Shown here one piece after another: positions 61,740-64,000 of a DNA stretch of 64,000 bases (the first letter of the stretch is position 1; every line of letters starts with the position of its first letter). The notes beneath the pieces are model-generated. The model was not told where the DNA came from. It did not search any database and saw only the letters and a program-made list of their open reading frames with translations. The stretch covers positions 140,058,001 to 140,122,000 of the forward strand of contig NC_042997.1 of the NCBI RefSeq assembly GCF_006345805.1, written 5' to 3'. The stretch is from Octopus sinensis (Eukaryota). The position numbers and the translations under genes are program-made.

Positions 61740-62045
61740 AACATATCTTGGAGAACTTATCCACCAAGACACAGCTGTATGGAGACCTACCTGTTTCCAC
61801 CAAGGGAAAGGTATTTGTACTTTGCAGAACATTGCGGGTAAGTTAAGCAGGAGCTGGCAAGTGACTTACTGCTATGGATGCCAAAGCATGGCAATACTTG
61901 AGTAGTTATCTAAACATAATGTATGTAGATCAACTCACCAGAGACACTTGATGCCTCCCTAAAGAGCTCTCTCAATTAATGCAGGACTGAGATGGATGGC
62001 ATGCATGAGTTAAAAATGTCTGAGAAAACTCAGCCAGATGATGAT
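61740..62045 (+). mobile_element. RTE-like LINE 3' end, degenerate
   Basis: YFAEHCG*VKQELASDLLLWMPKHG, YVDQL.RDT, MQD.DGW and a (GAT) tail. Confidence 0.65.
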
Positions 62046-62528
62046 GAATTCTTCTTAACTACCAACTGAAAAGCACACAAAATCAAAATTTGGGTCCAGA
62101 CAGCTAAGATTCTGACCATATGTGAATTCCTGGTTTCCACTGCTTAATTTCATATATATTTGAAATAACCTTAAAGAAGGAATAAGAACCAGAAATCTCA
62201 TTACTTGAGTTTTATTGTAAGTAAACAACTGATTGAGGCTGTAAGTATTTTCTGGCTTTAAAAAGAAATCTTAATTTTTGTGATACAATTTTGGCAGTAT
62301 TGTATATGAAAAGGGCTGCTATGAAAGAAATTGGCAAATATTCTAAAGTCCAGCATTCATTTGCAGCAACTTTGAGGGTTAAAAGATGCTGAGCTACTGA
62401 GATTGAATATAGGCAATATTTCAAAAATATATTATGTGACTTATAATTTTAGGTTTTGTTGTAAAATTATATAATTCTTGTTGCTTTCAAAATATAGTGT
62501 CTAAGATTATTGTTATTAAAATTTCTAG

Positions 62529-62647
62529 ACAACTGAAACTTTTCAAGTGAGAACATCTCCTCCTGTTGATTATCCTCTTGAAGTTACTGCACAGTGTCAA
62601 CAATCATTTCTGAGATTTTGGAATCAAAATTACTCGGTAAAAGCAAG
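62529..62647 (+). CDS. Alpha-arrestin gene, coding exon 6
   Basis: aaatttctAG|TTETFQVRTSPPVDYPLEVTAQCQQSFLRFWNQNYSVKA-ag|GTGAAT. Phase 0 in, phase 2 out, linking exons 5 and 7 exactly. Confidence 0.82.
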
Positions 62648-63481
62648 GTGAATATCAGCAATATTTGAAGTTTTCATTTTTAATGACCACGGTAACATGT
62701 ACTTGTATTGGGTTTGATGTCAGATATACTACATATGTCAACTATTGATGTGGCATGGTTCCATTATTATATCTTCAAAGCTAATATTTTCTTTACTGTT
62801 TAGTCAGAGGAGATACATATCTCTGACACTTTACTTTTTGAGAACCTGCAAGGCAGGTCGAAGGAAAGGAGGAAGTTGTCCTAAAATTGTAGACATGATT
62901 TGAATGCTTGCTATAGAGTGAGCTTCTCTAAAGGTTCTCAAAGACTGAGTGATGTTGATAAATCAGGTGATGTATTTAAGTCAGCCATCAGAGAACTGAG
63001 AATGTAAAGTGGGAAAAATACTGCAAGGCATCTAATCTAAAACTCCAGCAATTCTATGAATCAACAATCCTGACTGGTACTTCATTTCATCCACTTCAAA
63101 TTTGACTCTTGATGTGTTTTAAACAAATACCATACAGCATTTTCTTTTATACTCTAATAATTTTGCCTATTTTCTGTACCTCATAGAAATATTGTTGATT
63201 GGCCCAAGGCTACAGTAGAAGACACTTGCCCAAGGTGCCATTCAGTGGGATTGAACCTGGAACCATGTGGTTGGGGAGCAAGCTTCTTGCCACACAGCTA
63301 TGCTTGTGCCAATTATATGTGGACTTTTATAGTATTTTTTGAAGCTGATGTGTTATCAGAGTAAAGCTAAATTGCAATAATTGAGACACGTTTACATGTT
63401 ACTGAAAAACCACTGCATTATCTTAACTGTTTAATCATTTTGCTCTTTATTTTTTTCTTTATTGTTTTCTTTTGTTCACAG

Positions 63482-63581
63482 GTTTGACGCAGCTGGTTAT
63501 GTACCTGGAGAAGATAATGCTAAATTATGTCTTCAATATAATACCTCATCAAATATCAAAATTAAAGAAATTATAGTAAAG
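63482..63581 (+). CDS. Alpha-arrestin gene, coding exon 7 (gene continues past the window)
   Basis: Long pyrimidine tract then cacAG|g-FDAAGYVPGEDNAKLCLQYNTSSNIKIKEIIVK|GTCTGT. GY.PGE marks the arrestin C-domain. The donor is uncertain (alternative GTAAGA at 63586). Confidence 0.82.
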
Positions 63582-63691
63582 GTCTGTAAGAAGGTCAATC
63601 CTTTAACTCTTTAGCATAAACAACTGGCCATTTCAGGCCCAAATATTCTACCTGTCCTATGTTCAAACTGGCCAAATGCTGTTTCTCTCAT

Positions 63692-64000
63692 CTACTCTTT
63701 ACTCTCTTTTTACTCTTTTTACTTGTTTCAGTCATTTGACTGTGGCCATGCTGGAGCACCGCCTTTAGTCGAGCAAATTGACCCCGGGACTTATTCTTTG
63801 TAAGCCCAGTACTTATTCTATCAGTCTTTTTTGCCAAACCGCTAAGTGACGGGGATACACAAACACACACTCACACATATATATATATATATATATACGA
63901 CAGGCTTCTTTCAGTTTCCGTCTACCAAATCCACTCACAAGGCATTGGTCGGCCCGGGGCTATAGCAGAAGACACTTGCCCAAGATGCCACGCAGTGGGA
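63692..64000 (-). mobile_element. Family A SINE, cut by the window end
   Basis: tactcttttacttgtttcagtcatttgactg...gacacttgcccaagatgccacgcagtggga. Confidence 0.9.

Overview
AT-rich, microsatellite-dense, transposon-saturated animal DNA. The SINE, RTE and mariner families look like those of an octopod (Octopus-like) genome; this is recognition, not a database match. Two host-gene signals are present, both on the + strand. (1) Bases 1-333 are an open frame encoding Sushi/CCP-like cysteine modules, ending in a stop and followed by AATAAA signals. (2) A gene missed entirely by the ORF track can be rebuilt from seven small GT-AG exons with fully consistent phases (24687-24748, 41219-41292, 47044-47154, 58869-58931, 61042-61139, 62529-62647, 63482-~63581). 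They give 209 uninterrupted codons of a divergent alpha-arrestin (arrestin-domain) protein that runs off the window end. The rest is decayed or nested mobile DNA: CR1-type, RTE and R4/Dong-like LINEs, two Gypsy pol relics, three mariner families or copies, non-autonomous Helitrons, MITEs, several tRNA-derived SINE families and many Penelope-like element (PLE) fragments. The most striking structure is a recurring head-to-head PLE palindrome with hammerhead-ribozyme motifs near the outer ends: 33.5-36.3 kb (~1.3-kb arms, ~99% identical), 45.9-46.5 kb, and a 50.3-53.8 kb copy later split by two LINE insertions. All three lie in introns of the arrestin gene. There is also an apparently intact type I hammerhead at 49344-49429 (-), a ~705-nt hammerhead-to-hammerhead unit carrying a mariner fragment, and two recent tandem duplications, one with a mappable SINE-SINE crossover.
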